From a virus (Duplodnaviria; Caudoviricetes): 64,000 bases of DNA. The number at the start of each line of letters is the position of its first letter. The first letter of the stretch is position 1. Made by a program: the position numbers and the translations under genes. The notes below the pieces were generated by a model. It saw only the letters and a program-made list of their open reading frames with translations, ran no database searches and had not been told where the DNA came from. Positions 1 through 9,295 of this stretch are shown one piece after another. The DNA lies in the IMG/VR virus record IMGVR_UViG_3300021387_001565, positions 1 through 64,000 of that record, one strand, 5' to 3'.

Positions 1-190
1 GGAATCAACTATCTTGAAGATAGTCAAGTACCTGATACAGTTACGGCAGAGTAAATCTTTGTCGTAAGGGGCGGTGTCAACCGTCCCATGATGCGACCCC
101 ACGGAAGCTATACCGATAAAATGTAGGAGTTATTGCAACGAACTACAGGGGAGTCGCAAGCCACGTACCTTTAGGTGCGTGGTAGTTGAC
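1..190 (+). mobile_element. tnpB: 3' end of an IS200/IS605-family element: tnpB C-terminus (stop at 52-54) plus omegaRNA/right end
   Basis: Frame 1 reads GINYLEDSQVPDTVTAE*, a Firmicute TnpB-like C-terminus. It is followed by a structured tail ending in hairpin CCACGTACC-TTTA-GGTGCGTGG-TAGTTGAC, typical of IS605 right ends. Confidence 0.7.
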
Positions 191-225
191 TATAAACTAT
201 GTAGAGTAAGAAAATCAACAGATTT
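191..225 (-). promoter_or_regulatory. conserved phage promoter copy; -10 altered by the IS right end
   Basis: AAATCTGTTGATTTT...TATAGT on the minus strand. Confidence 0.7.
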
Positions 226-439
226 AGAAAAGGATGACGTCCTCATCATCGTCAGTGTATTTGCTGAGCACATGTTCAATAGCAAGAAGCGACGAACGGA
301 TTTTATTGAGCGTGTCAGCATCTACCCGCCAAGCAATACGAGCGAGATTGGTGCTGATGGTAACCGCGTCCTCGTGGTCAATGATTGCCTTATTCTTCTG
401 TTTATCTGCCATGTAGTTCCTTTCCGTGGTTAATCCCAC
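224..439 (-). CDS. hypothetical protein
   Basis: ORF in operon orientation, overlapping the stop of the upstream gene. Confidence 0.6.
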   Translation of the reverse strand: MGLTTERNYMADKQKNKAIIDHEDAVTISTNLARIAWRVDADTLNKIRSSLLAIEHVLSKYTDDDEDVILF

Positions 440-804
440 TCACTTGTGCCCTCGTAGTAATTAGTGAACTGTCCCGTCCACCTTTTCCCGTCAGCATGGT
501 TGTTATAACATAATCCTACAGATACTGTTCGATTATGGTATCTCGCATCCTTGCCACAACGTACACCGTCGTTAAAAGAAATAAGCCTGTCGTGCCCTGC
601 ACCGCGCTGTTGGCATAGGGCAACTTCAATCATGCTATCTCTGAGATATACATAGTCTGTTGTAGACAAATGGTTGTTCTGAAAACTGCCCTGTACGGTG
701 CGTACATCGACATTAGCGAACTGTGAAATCTCGGCAAATGTAAGAGCAAGCTGAACCTTAAGTCTTTGCAATTTCTTATTCAGAGTTAATTCAGTACATC
801 CCAT
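430..804 (-). CDS. hypothetical protein, possible N-terminal HTH
   Basis: GAAAGGA RBS; LTFAEISQFANVDVRTVQ resembles an HTH. Confidence 0.55.
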   Translation of the reverse strand: MGCTELTLNKKLQRLKVQLALTFAEISQFANVDVRTVQGSFQNNHLSTTDYVYLRDSMIEVALCQQRGAGHDRLISFNDGVRCGKDARYHNRTVSVGLCYNNHADGKRWTGQFTNYYEGTSEWD

Positions 805-821
805 GGAGCATTATCCTTTCA

Positions 822-860
822 GTGAAGCCTCACACGACTAAAGTCGCGAGCGTGCGCCGC
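822..860 (-). mobile_element. 39-bp solo IS200/IS605 end scar (fused left/right-end hairpin)
   Basis: GCGGCGCACGCTCGCGACTTTAGTCGTGTGAGGCTTCAC shares CGACTTTAGTCGTGTG with the tnpB right end at 4265-4295. Confidence 0.6.
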
Positions 861-869
861 TTTAGAGAA

Positions 870-1670
870 CTATAATTTTTTGTCAAATGTAGGAGATTCA
901 TGATATACTTCTTTATACCATAATCTGAGATACCTGCCTAAGTTCTGCTTAGCCGCCGCGTCGGACGTAAGCACAAAGGGTTTGTCACGTTTCATGCTCT
1001 CGACAACAGGTCTGCCCGACAGATTGATAAAATCATCAATAGGCATAGCGTTGAACTTTTCACCACGATAAGAATACACATCTGAATTTCCTGTAGATTC
1101 TTCGTCACGAACAATAGTCACGCAATCAATAGTGTTCCTGTTCTCGTAGACAAATTCCCATATGATGTCAAACCAATTGAAGCCTCTGCTCGATACTCTG
1201 AACACCATCTCTTTAGAGTTGTTGCGGCTATTATACATTCCGCCATAACGAGCACGCAAAAATTCTTGATTAAGTTCAGCATTAACTAACTCGTTATAGT
1301 CATCGATGTCCACGGTGTTAGATAATGCCTCGGAAGACAACGACTCGACAAAACCCTCGGATAAAAATCTGTAGGGTACATTGTGGATAAGTTTGAGAAG
1401 CATATTCTTACGCTCTTCTTCCGTACTTGTTTCCTTGCCGAAAGCAGGGTCAGAAGTACACATAAAGTCAGCATAAGAGGCTATAAAGTCAAGACAATCT
1501 TTCTTAACCTTATCATACTGTGTATGCTTGTAAAGCCATTCAGCCGCGAAGCAGGTCTCTTCGTAGTCTTCATTTCCACCACCATAAATGTGCTGTTTTA
1601 ACTGAAATACCTGCTTATCATTTCGTATCATGTAAGCATACTCCGAACTTTCTACTAACCTAAATTTCAT
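870..1670 (-). CDS. hypothetical protein with MKFRLVES leader (candidate internal head protein)
   Basis: GAGGTGA RBS; N-terminal motif shared with other proteins in the window. Confidence 0.75.
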   Translation of the reverse strand: MKFRLVESSEYAYMIRNDKQVFQLKQHIYGGGNEDYEETCFAAEWLYKHTQYDKVKKDCLDFIASYADFMCTSDPAFGKETSTEEERKNMLLKLIHNVPYRFLSEGFVESLSSEALSNTVDIDDYNELVNAELNQEFLRARYGGMYNSRNNSKEMVFRVSSRGFNWFDIIWEFVYENRNTIDCVTIVRDEESTGNSDVYSYRGEKFNAMPIDDFINLSGRPVVESMKRDKPFVLTSDAAAKQNLGRYLRLWYKEVYHESPTFDKKL

Positions 1671-1696
1671 AAAATCACCTCTATCATTAGTCTACT

Positions 1697-1725
1697 ATAT
1701 TGTACGCTAGAAAATCAACAGAAAT
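1697..1725 (-). promoter_or_regulatory. conserved promoter motif (variant)
   Basis: TTTCTGTTGATTTTC core. Confidence 0.5.
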
Positions 1726-1726
1726 T

Positions 1727-1760
1727 AAAAAGCCCGCATAGGATAAACCCTACGCGGACT
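1727..1760 (-). terminator. Rho-independent terminator
   Basis: GTCCGCGTAGG-GTTTAT-CCTATGCGGGC-TTTTT. Confidence 0.7.
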
Positions 1761-1765
1761 ACTAA

Positions 1766-2215
1766 TCACTTTTTGGGCTGTCCCCTATCATTGTCTTTCT
1801 CGGTAAAATACTTCTTGTACCGATTTAAAACACTTACCACATAATTGACCGTTACACACTTTGTAAAAGGCTCTTGTGCGGGATATATGTAGTTCGGTCC
1901 ATCTTCGATGTCCTGTACCATTTTATCCCACGGATGAAAAAGTGGCTCTATAGGGGCAGTAGGGATGCCCTCAAGGATATCGTCAATACCGCTCTGAATA
2001 AAGTTCTTCACGGCAATCAAGTCTTCTCCCACAAATTCCGCCTGTGCCCCCGAGGTCATCTTCTCAAGAGCATCAAGAGTATCAGCAAGAAGCACAAGAC
2101 CATTAACGGCTATTTCGTATGACTTACGGAACTCTTCGTATGCCTTATCATCAGAGAACACGTGGTTACTCTGCAAGGTCACGATAGCGTCACGTATTTG
2201 TTTGTTAAAGCCCAC
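1766..2215 (-). CDS. hypothetical protein
   Basis: AAGGAGA RBS, 149 aa. Confidence 0.7.
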   Translation of the reverse strand: MGFNKQIRDAIVTLQSNHVFSDDKAYEEFRKSYEIAVNGLVLLADTLDALEKMTSGAQAEFVGEDLIAVKNFIQSGIDDILEGIPTAPIEPLFHPWDKMVQDIEDGPNYIYPAQEPFTKCVTVNYVVSVLNRYKKYFTEKDNDRGQPKK

Positions 2216-2281
2216 AGTAATCTCCTTACGAGGGATTGCCCCTCAATGCTAAATTATATAGTTACTATGTAATTATACAAT

Positions 2282-2836
2282 TCAGACAAAGAGGCTAGGA
2301 AACTGTGCCTGTTCGACCTTCCGCTCAACAGTGCATATCGTGTCGTTATGCACTCCACCATGAGGGACAAGTAAGACACGCTCCATCGTGAACCCATATT
2401 CCATCCCTATACCCATGCTGTTCCAACCGAAGCACAAGACCTTGCCGTTAGGCTTGACTATCCTGCCTATCTCTTCCTTAAGGTGCTGATAGAAGTATTG
2501 TGCGGCATCCTGTGTCATGACCATGCCAAACCCTTCGTAGCATTGCTTAACTTGGGTCACAGAATATGGCGGGTCGAATAGCACCCCGTCTATGGATTCA
2601 TCCTCGAACATCTTCAAGAAGTCCAGAGCATCCATATGATAGTCTGTATCATACTTGGGGTTAAGGTCATTTGTTATGTCTGCGTATTTATTTTCGTTAG
2701 CAAACGGGTCAATCCATTTTCCATTTGTGATTTCCTGCAATAGCAGTTCACGTATCGGGGCTATGGTAAACGTGTTCTTGTTCGGCATAGCCCATACACG
2801 CTGTATCTTAATATCTCTTGGAGCATTACGTTTCAT
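2282..2836 (-). CDS. adenine-specific DNA methyltransferase (short phage type)
   Basis: WIDPFA SAM-binding-like motif and DPPY catalytic motif. Confidence 0.8.
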   Translation of the reverse strand: MKRNAPRDIKIQRVWAMPNKNTFTIAPIRELLLQEITNGKWIDPFANENKYADITNDLNPKYDTDYHMDALDFLKMFEDESIDGVLFDPPYSVTQVKQCYEGFGMVMTQDAAQYFYQHLKEEIGRIVKPNGKVLCFGWNSMGIGMEYGFTMERVLLVPHGGVHNDTICTVERKVEQAQFPSLFV

Positions 2837-2838
2837 TC

Positions 2839-3567
2839 TTAATCCTCATCACGGAGTCCTGTATGACCACTTCTCTTGGCAAAAGTTGTTCGTAAAAGTT
2901 GTTCGTTTAAGTATTGGTCTATAACAGACTGAGCCTTAGTTGTAGGGGCTATGTCGCTTAAACTCGAAGCATCAATAAGGTTATCAAATGCTATAGTCCT
3001 TGCAGTCTCAAGGAATACGTCAGAAGAAACTCTTGTCTTTTTAGTGTTTTTTGAAGACTTGCGATAAACAGTGTGCTTAGGCGAAGATGCAGGTGTGGGT
3101 GTTTTGTTCTGCTTTAATTCTTCGGTACGCTGTAACGCCTCTATCGCCTGAGCCATACTACCGTTACCACCAAGATTCTTATACTGCTTTACCCTTCTTG
3201 TACGAGCCGCACGCTTAGCCCTTTCCCTGTCCGCCTTTTTAAAGGTCTCTTTCAACCATTGACGGAACATAAACTCTGTTTCTGTCACTACAGAGCCACA
3301 GGCTTTGCAATAATAGCCCCCGTCCCATTCATCGGCTGTTATCTGTAACCTTCTGCGGAAGTCCCCACAATGAGGACAATAAAACCTCGGAAGCCTGCTT
3401 TTGTACTTATATGTAACTACCTGCTTCTGTGGGGAGTTCTGCTTACGGTCGCTTCTAATGTCTTGAACTAACTCGACAATAAAACCAATCACGGCGATTA
3501 TAAGAGTGATTATAGAAATGATTTTGAATAATTCCTGCATTGAGTTATGTCCTTTCTTAATCATCAA
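2839..3567 (-). CDS. membrane-anchored Zn-ribbon protein
   Basis: N-terminal TM helix; CPHC...CKAC. Confidence 0.65.
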   Translation of the reverse strand: MMIKKGHNSMQELFKIISIITLIIAVIGFIVELVQDIRSDRKQNSPQKQVVTYKYKSRLPRFYCPHCGDFRRRLQITADEWDGGYYCKACGSVVTETEFMFRQWLKETFKKADRERAKRAARTRRVKQYKNLGGNGSMAQAIEALQRTEELKQNKTPTPASSPKHTVYRKSSKNTKKTRVSSDVFLETARTIAFDNLIDASSLSDIAPTTKAQSVIDQYLNEQLLRTTFAKRSGHTGLRDED

Positions 3568-3781
3568 AAAGTTCTTCGTATGCTGAGGACGAGCCTATTC
3601 CATCATATTGTTCTCGGGCTTCGTTATAGCCGTCGTTATACCCACGCTCGTACTCTTTCTTACACTTCTTGGTCAGTCGGTCAACCTCTGCCTGTAGTTC
3701 GCGGACACGTGCTCTGAGGCTGTCGTTCTCTGCGGCAAGTGCACTGTTGTGATATGTCAAGCCAAAATACTCTGTAGGCAT
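3557..3781 (-). CDS. hypothetical coiled-coil protein
   Basis: starts MPTEYF after a G9 RBS; YERGYNDGY motif. Confidence 0.6.
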   Translation of the reverse strand: MPTEYFGLTYHNSALAAENDSLRARVRELQAEVDRLTKKCKKEYERGYNDGYNEAREQYDGIGSSSAYEELFDD

Positions 3782-3951
3782 TGTTATACCCCCCCCCTCA
3801 GACCGCATACTTGGCAAGGTCACGCACCAACTGCTTGCCTGCCTGTCGGTCGTAGTCCACCTTACTCTTGTGTGTACGAGTACCTGTGTTCATGCTGACG
3901 AACACTCTGTGACGCTTTGCGTCCATCTTGCGTTTATTCTTATCTACCATG

Positions 3952-4227
3952 TTATCCAATCCCCTCTCTGCTGATTGTTGCAAGTGCATCGTTTATGATA
4001 TGGTAGCAGTCCTGCACGGATATGTACAGTTGATACTTGCCTGTCTCGTCGGGAATGAGACGAGAAGAGTTACGGATATCTGCCATAATAGGTGTCCACA
4101 GCTTGACTGACTGTTCTGCAAACGTCTTCGCCTCAGTGACATCGTGACTCCAATATGACTTAGGATTAGTTAGTACATCAACCGCTAAGTCAAGGTTTAT
4201 GCTTCCATGAAGCTGTTTCATGTTCAT
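3952..4227 (-). CDS. hypothetical protein
   Basis: GAGGGGG RBS. Confidence 0.6.
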   Translation of the reverse strand: MNMKQLHGSINLDLAVDVLTNPKSYWSHDVTEAKTFAEQSVKLWTPIMADIRNSSRLIPDETGKYQLYISVQDCYHIINDALATISREGIG

Positions 4228-4264
4228 GCCTCAATCCCCCTCAACAATCATAGTATACCATATG

Positions 4265-5085
4265 TTGACACTCCACACGACTAAAGTCGTGGGATTCTTG
4301 CTTCGACGACCACTACATTGCTAAAAAGCGTTAGTTTTACATGGTCTCCACAAGCGTTAATTCCCGTATGCCCTACGGTACTGCTTATGTTTTAGGCTAC
4401 GGATAGCCCTTTATGTAAAATATTTATACTTGCATTGGTATCCCTATTATGTTTTGTATGACATTGTGGGCATTCCCAACTTCGTACTGATAAGTTCTTT
4501 ACCAAAGGATTTTTATAACCACAACAACTACAAGTCTGGCTACTTGGATACATAGTAGGTACTCGAACTACGTCATTTCCATACCAAGTTGCTTTGTATT
4601 CAAGCATTGTAAAGAACTTGCTCCATGATGCACTTGCTATAGATTTAGCAAGTTTATGATTACGCAACATTCCCTTTATATTTAGGTCTTCTATGCAAAT
4701 AGTTTGGTTTTCGCTTATAAGCATAGTTGACTGTTTTTGAAGGAAATCGTTACGTTGGTTGGTTATCTTCTCATGGACACGAGCAACTTTAATTCGCTGT
4801 TTATTGCGATTATTTGAATTTTGATGCTTGCGTGAGAGTCTGCGTTGTTCACGAACAAGTTTACGCATAGATTTTTCAAGGTATTTAGGATTATCTACCA
4901 CATTACCGTTGCTATCAGAATAAAACTCCTTAATACCAACATCTATGCCTATCATACAGCCATCATTATGACGAAACTCCGTCTCAAAATCTACGTTAAG
5001 AACTACAAAGTATTTACCTGTAGGAGTTCGTTCTACGGTTACATTATTGATATGTCCTACTTCCATAGACTGCTTGATTTTTACT
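4265..5085 (-). mobile_element. 5'-truncated IS200/IS605 element (tnpB 3' half, omegaRNA, right end ending TCAA)
   Basis: Right-end hairpin CCCACGACTTTAGTCGTGTGG-AGTGTCAA; omegaRNA-like GTACCGTAGGGCATACGGGAATTAACGCTTG; left end missing. Confidence 0.85.
4392..5084 (-). pseudogene. tnpB: truncated RNA-guided endonuclease TnpB (RuvC + Zn ribbon only)
   Basis: GIDVG, IEDL, CSCC...CPQC and RDTNAS motifs; the N-terminal region is lost and an in-frame TGA lies just before VKIKQSM. Confidence 0.9.
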
Positions 5086-5107
5086 CAACAAATTTGCCGA
5101 GGGGAGA

Positions 5108-5341
5108 TTAGGGCAGTATCTCAATTTTCAGAACGTATCCATACGCAGGTATCACAAACTCAACCGCATAATCAAGGTACTGCTCTGCTTCTTCCCAAGC
5201 GTAGAACTCGTCTACAGTTCCCACGAACAGAGACTTATCATGGAGTCTGAGATGTATGCTCTGATTTCCTGCAAGCAGGGCACACAGGTCAATTAAAACA
5301 ACAGGATTTGCCTGTCTTATTATTTCGAATTTGTCTAACAT
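5108..5341 (-). CDS. hypothetical protein
   Basis: GAGGT RBS, in operon. Confidence 0.6.
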   Translation of the reverse strand: MLDKFEIIRQANPVVLIDLCALLAGNQSIHLRLHDKSLFVGTVDEFYAWEEAEQYLDYAVEFVIPAYGYVLKIEILP

Positions 5342-5346
5342 AATTA

Positions 5347-5598
5347 TTACCTCTCTTCCACGTAGTAGGCAAGTGACTTACCTGTCTCACTATTGCAGTT
5401 GTAGTATGCATAGTGAGCACAGAAATTTTCAAAGTCTGAATCAGCAGGAATAACAGCAGGTGCTTGCCAAATACTGTACACCCACATCCTGTTGGGTAAA
5501 ACATAAACCGTCTCACCCTTCTTAAAACGAGAACGCGCTCCACGCACGTTAACCTTCTTGAACTTGATTTTGTCAGTAGGTCTCTCTATCATATACAC
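5347..5598 (-). CDS. hypothetical protein
   Basis: AGGGGG RBS; YYNCNSETG motif. Confidence 0.65.
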   Translation of the reverse strand: MYMIERPTDKIKFKKVNVRGARSRFKKGETVYVLPNRMWVYSIWQAPAVIPADSDFENFCAHYAYYNCNSETGKSLAYYVEER

Positions 5599-5615
5599 TC
5601 ATCCCCCTTCCCTAA

Positions 5616-5906
5616 TCACCAACGCGGTCTAAAGCCCCAAAGGTCTTTGAACACGTCGCTGTAAATCTCGCTGTAGTTCGGGTTAGCGGGATTGTTGGAG
5701 TGTTTGTTCAGCCACTCTTCTGTGTCCCTACGCCAACGGAGTTCATCAGCGATAGTGCCTGTGAAATTACCTTCCCAATCTACTGCCTGTGTCATACGGG
5801 CAACCTGCTCGATGTACTCACCCATATCATCAACCATGGGTGTCTCGTTGCTCATGTCTGCGAGTGCCGCGTTAAGTGTTTCTGCCGCAATAAGTGTTCT
5901 TGTCAT
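5616..5906 (-). CDS. hypothetical protein
   Basis: first gene after a promoter; YSDVFKDLWGFRPR C-terminus. Confidence 0.7.
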   Translation of the reverse strand: MTRTLIAAETLNAALADMSNETPMVDDMGEYIEQVARMTQAVDWEGNFTGTIADELRWRRDTEEWLNKHSNNPANPNYSEIYSDVFKDLWGFRPRW

Positions 5907-5952
5907 AATGAATACCCCCTGTAGTAGTTCGCTTGATTTATCTTACAAGTTC

Positions 5953-5989
5953 ATTATAAACTACTACAGAGGGTAAAATCAACAGATTT
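5953..5989 (-). promoter_or_regulatory. conserved phage promoter
   Basis: AAATCTG-TTGATT-18 nt-TATAAT. Confidence 0.8.
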
Positions 5990-6347
5990 AAAAACCAAGC
6001 ATATCATTCTCGGGGTTAATTGAGTTTTCAAGGAACTTAATAGCCCGCTTGATTCCATGCGCCTGTCCTTTTACCCATGCATCAAGGTCAGCCTCGGCTA
6101 CAGTATTAGGGACAATATCTTCTCGGGTCTTAACCATGTCGGGGAAAGTGAGTTCATTCGCAACAGCGGTTAATTTAGACCCTAAGCAACAAAAGCCGAG
6201 AGCGAGTCTAGCGCAAGTCTGAATTGCATCTTTAAGTTCGTCATCCTTGAGTATGTTATCAATCACACTCTCCTTGAACATCACTGTTTCAATTGCATGA
6301 ATGTAAGTGTGCAATTCATCGGCTTTATAAGTTTCGAGTTTCTTCAT
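5988..6347 (-). CDS. hypothetical protein
   Basis: ORF in operon. Confidence 0.65.
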   Translation of the reverse strand: MKKLETYKADELHTYIHAIETVMFKESVIDNILKDDELKDAIQTCARLALGFCCLGSKLTAVANELTFPDMVKTREDIVPNTVAEADLDAWVKGQAHGIKRAIKFLENSINPENDMLGF

Positions 6348-6352
6348 ACTTA

Positions 6353-6610
6353 TTATTCCTCTCTTTTAGTTTTTCTTACCAACACAGGTGTGTCAGACTC
6401 ATTGAACGGATAGATGCCATACTGACAAGGAAAGGCTTTTCCCGTCGCTAACCACTCGGGGTTTGTAGCGTCCGTACCAAGTTCACCGTTCTCTGTTAGA
6501 TACACTCCGCGAGCGGTGTACCCGCCCATTACTACGACATCACCCTCATGGATTTCCTTACCGTTCATATCAAAGTATCGAATAGGATTGGCGTCCCTAT
6601 CTATTCTCAT
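6353..6610 (-). CDS. small protein, YopX C-terminal-like
   Basis: DMNGKEIHEGDVV motif. Confidence 0.55.
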   Translation of the reverse strand: MRIDRDANPIRYFDMNGKEIHEGDVVVMGGYTARGVYLTENGELGTDATNPEWLATGKAFPCQYGIYPFNESDTPVLVRKTKREE

Positions 6611-6810
6611 ACTCTACCCCCTAACTTGTCGCGCTCTTCGTCTAGTTCCTCAGTTCTTTTGTACCCGTACCATCTGTGTTCCGCACCACAGCGTTCGGAG
6701 CAGTTGTCGTGCTCCTTGCCTTTGTAATCTGTCCACACCCAACCGCACACATGGTCACACTGAATACAATCGGGTTCTTCGTCATCGGCTGTGTATACTA
6801 TGTGCATCAT
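6607..6810 (-). CDS. small Cys-rich hypothetical protein
   Basis: ATGA overlaps; CxxC motifs. Confidence 0.55.
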   Translation of the reverse strand: MMHIVYTADDEEPDCIQCDHVCGWVWTDYKGKEHDNCSERCGAEHRWYGYKRTEELDEERDKLGGRV

Positions 6811-7025
6811 GAGTCCACCCCCTCATAGGTGGCTCTTGTGTTCCATGCCTTAACTGCACTTGGCATGTTTTCCCAAATATGGAATGTATGGATTGCAGAG
6901 CATCTACAATCACTGTTAGAGCAAACAATCGCACACTTACGGTCGCCTCTATAGTCAAACTCACTGTATACTGCTTTGCCGCCGCAAAACGGACAAGGCT
7001 TTAAATTCTCAGCACCGTTTGTCAT
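6807..7025 (-). CDS. Lar-family restriction-alleviation-like Zn finger
   Basis: LKPCPFCGG...AVKAWNTR. Confidence 0.75.
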   Translation of the reverse strand: MTNGAENLKPCPFCGGKAVYSEFDYRGDRKCAIVCSNSDCRCSAIHTFHIWENMPSAVKAWNTRATYEGVDS

Positions 7026-7408
7026 ACTCGTCCCTCTCTAGATTTCTGCAAGAATGCTATCAACTTGTCAATATCATAGTTAGTAAGTAACTTAGTACAG
7101 ATAACCATCTGTGAAGCAAGGTAACCGTTCTGCTTCCATGCCTTATAATCTTCGTCATGCGGATACGACCAGTCCACAACAATGTCAAGTTTATTCAAAC
7201 TCTTTAGGATACGTGTTAAGTCAGTGAGTTTGAACGCAAACGCAAGCGTATTATCAAGGTTGTCCTCAATCCAACTTGCCCAACCTGTACGGAATCTACA
7301 ACCTGTATTGTTTAAATCATTGTTGGATACCGAAATGTTATATTCTGCCCCCATAGCATTTAAGGAGCGAATAAGAACGTCATATCTCTCGGGAGAAATC
7401 TCAATCAT
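7022..7408 (-). CDS. hypothetical protein (paralog of 7431-7853)
   Basis: YDVLxR...LNxLxIxVDWS shared with the neighbour. Confidence 0.65.
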   Translation of the reverse strand: MIEISPERYDVLIRSLNAMGAEYNISVSNNDLNNTGCRFRTGWASWIEDNLDNTLAFAFKLTDLTRILKSLNKLDIVVDWSYPHDEDYKAWKQNGYLASQMVICTKLLTNYDIDKLIAFLQKSREGRV

Positions 7409-7430
7409 AATAGATAGTCCTGCCTTTCAT

Positions 7431-7853
7431 TCAGTCATGGATTGTATTAGTGGTTCTGCGTAGGTTGCCCTTGTCGTAGTCAAGCTCGTATTCACCCTCA
7501 AGCCACCCAACAAGCATGAAATCATATTTTTCAAGATTAACAAGCATGTGAGCACAGGCTAACGTGTCATTTGTAATGCCATTGCCCACAGGCTGACAGT
7601 CAGCATACCTCGACCAATCAACTTTAATCGCAAGACCGTTAAGAGAATCGGCAAGCACTCCTGCTGTTCCGAGTTTATAGCCAAAATCACGAGCTACCGC
7701 AGGGGTTTGAACCCCTTTAGCACACCAATTAACCCCGAACTTAAAGACTTCTTCTTTAGATGAATTGATACGCTCAAGGCTAACATCTGTGCCAAGCAGT
7801 TCTGTTATTGCCCGCCTAAGAACATCGTACTTGTAAGATGAGATTATAGTCAT
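7431..7853 (-). CDS. hypothetical protein (paralog of 7022-7408)
   Basis: first gene after a promoter; shared motifs. Confidence 0.65.
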   Translation of the reverse strand: MTIISSYKYDVLRRAITELLGTDVSLERINSSKEEVFKFGVNWCAKGVQTPAVARDFGYKLGTAGVLADSLNGLAIKVDWSRYADCQPVGNGITNDTLACAHMLVNLEKYDFMLVGWLEGEYELDYDKGNLRRTTNTIHD

Positions 7854-7903
7854 ATCTGTTCCTAACCCCCGTTCAGTAAGTGATAATCAGTAACTACAAG
7901 TAC

Positions 7904-7939
7904 ATTGTAGCATGGGGCGAAATAGAAAATCAACAGATT
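7904..7939 (-). promoter_or_regulatory. conserved phage promoter
   Basis: AATCTGTTGATTTT...TGCTACAAT. Confidence 0.75.
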
Positions 7940-7955
7940 CAGATGAGCCTACAGC

Positions 7956-8450
7956 CTAATTACCTCTTTTAAACATGCAGTCGGGAGCGGGTACAAAATC
8001 CTCTTGCCATTCTCGGTTAATCATCTCACCAAATATAAAACTACTAGGAACTCTACCAGTAAAATCATAAATACGGTTCATAGGTAACTGTTTGATTTGG
8101 TCGTAAAAATATAGAGTCCTTAAACTTTCTACATCATCCAAATCCTTTACTGAGATATTCACTCCGTCAATATCGTGTATCTTTCCACCGTGACGCAAAT
8201 ACAGCAACAACTCTTTGGCGTTCGTATATACGACTATCGACTTAAGGTTTGGATACGTTGTACGATATCTCTTCGCTAGATTACAGGGATTGGCATACAC
8301 AAACGGCTCACCCCCTGTTAGGCACAGCATATCAGCCTTACGAAAATCATCATCAGTCGCATACTCAAGGTTCTGAATATCGTACTTGTTGTTACAGCAA
8401 TATTTGCAATGCCTATCACATAGAGTTGTTACTACTAAGTGTAATGTCAT
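7956..8450 (-). CDS. short radical SAM protein
   Basis: CDRHCKYC; LTGGEP; YTNA. Confidence 0.8.
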   Translation of the reverse strand: MTLHLVVTTLCDRHCKYCCNNKYDIQNLEYATDDDFRKADMLCLTGGEPFVYANPCNLAKRYRTTYPNLKSIVVYTNAKELLLYLRHGGKIHDIDGVNISVKDLDDVESLRTLYFYDQIKQLPMNRIYDFTGRVPSSFIFGEMINREWQEDFVPAPDCMFKRGN

Positions 8451-8462
8451 ATTATTACCTCA

Positions 8463-8753
8463 TTATAAACTAATGAACGCTCTCGGCTCAGCATTTATCA
8501 TGGTTACACAGCCTTTTCGTACTACAGTCTCCGAAGGGTAAACATTCCACCTTTTAGGATTCTCTAAGTCGAAATCGGATATATCTCCAAAGTAAACCCA
8601 ATCACCTACATTAAGTTCACTCTTATCTGCCCAAATGATTGTGCCACATGTAGTACCTATCTTCGCAACATACTTGTACCAAGCACGCAGTTTAGGCTGT
8701 TCATCCTTATACGGGATGCACACCTTTTTTCTTATCTGTCCTATAGGTGTCAT
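8463..8753 (-). CDS. hypothetical protein
   Basis: AAAGGA RBS. Confidence 0.55.
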   Translation of the reverse strand: MTPIGQIRKKVCIPYKDEQPKLRAWYKYVAKIGTTCGTIIWADKSELNVGDWVYFGDISDFDLENPKRWNVYPSETVVRKGCVTMINAEPRAFISL

Positions 8754-9048
8754 AAGGTATCCTTTCTGAGTGTGTGCTTTTCTTGGAAATCCATAATAGC
8801 ATTTCCGATTTTAACCGTGGGTAACTTGTACGAATACAGTTGTATCATTTGAAGTATATAGTCAATTCGTTTTCTCATTTGCATTTACCTCGTGATTTGT
8901 ATGGGTAACAGGCGGTAACTCGTCCATGTCTATAGCACAGTCAAGTTTCTTAACCTGTCCTTTAACCATCATAGTATCTTTAAAGAAGATAGTAACTGTC
9001 TGCCCAATCTGAAACTCGGGTACATCAATCTCTATGTATGCTTTCACT

Positions 9049-9282
9049 TTAACTTACTCCTCTATTTTGCTTTTCAAACCATTCAACAAATGCACCACAC
9101 TCTTTTGCAAAGGCTTCTTCGTTTTCTCGGCACATCTTAGCTAATTGCTTTCTATTGAAGATGCAACCTTCACCATCTTTTCTCTCATAATCATCTGGAA
9201 TACCATCACCAAACACTAAGCAAGATGTATAATTGCTCTCATACTCGGGGTAGTAAAGGTAGGGGCAATGTTCACACTTCAT
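9049..9282 (-). CDS. small Cys-containing hypothetical protein
   Basis: AGGAGAG RBS; CEHC. Confidence 0.6.
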   Translation of the reverse strand: MKCEHCPYLYYPEYESNYTSCLVFGDGIPDDYERKDGEGCIFNRKQLAKMCRENEEAFAKECGAFVEWFEKQNRGVS

Positions 9283-9295
9283 TTATTCTCTCCTT

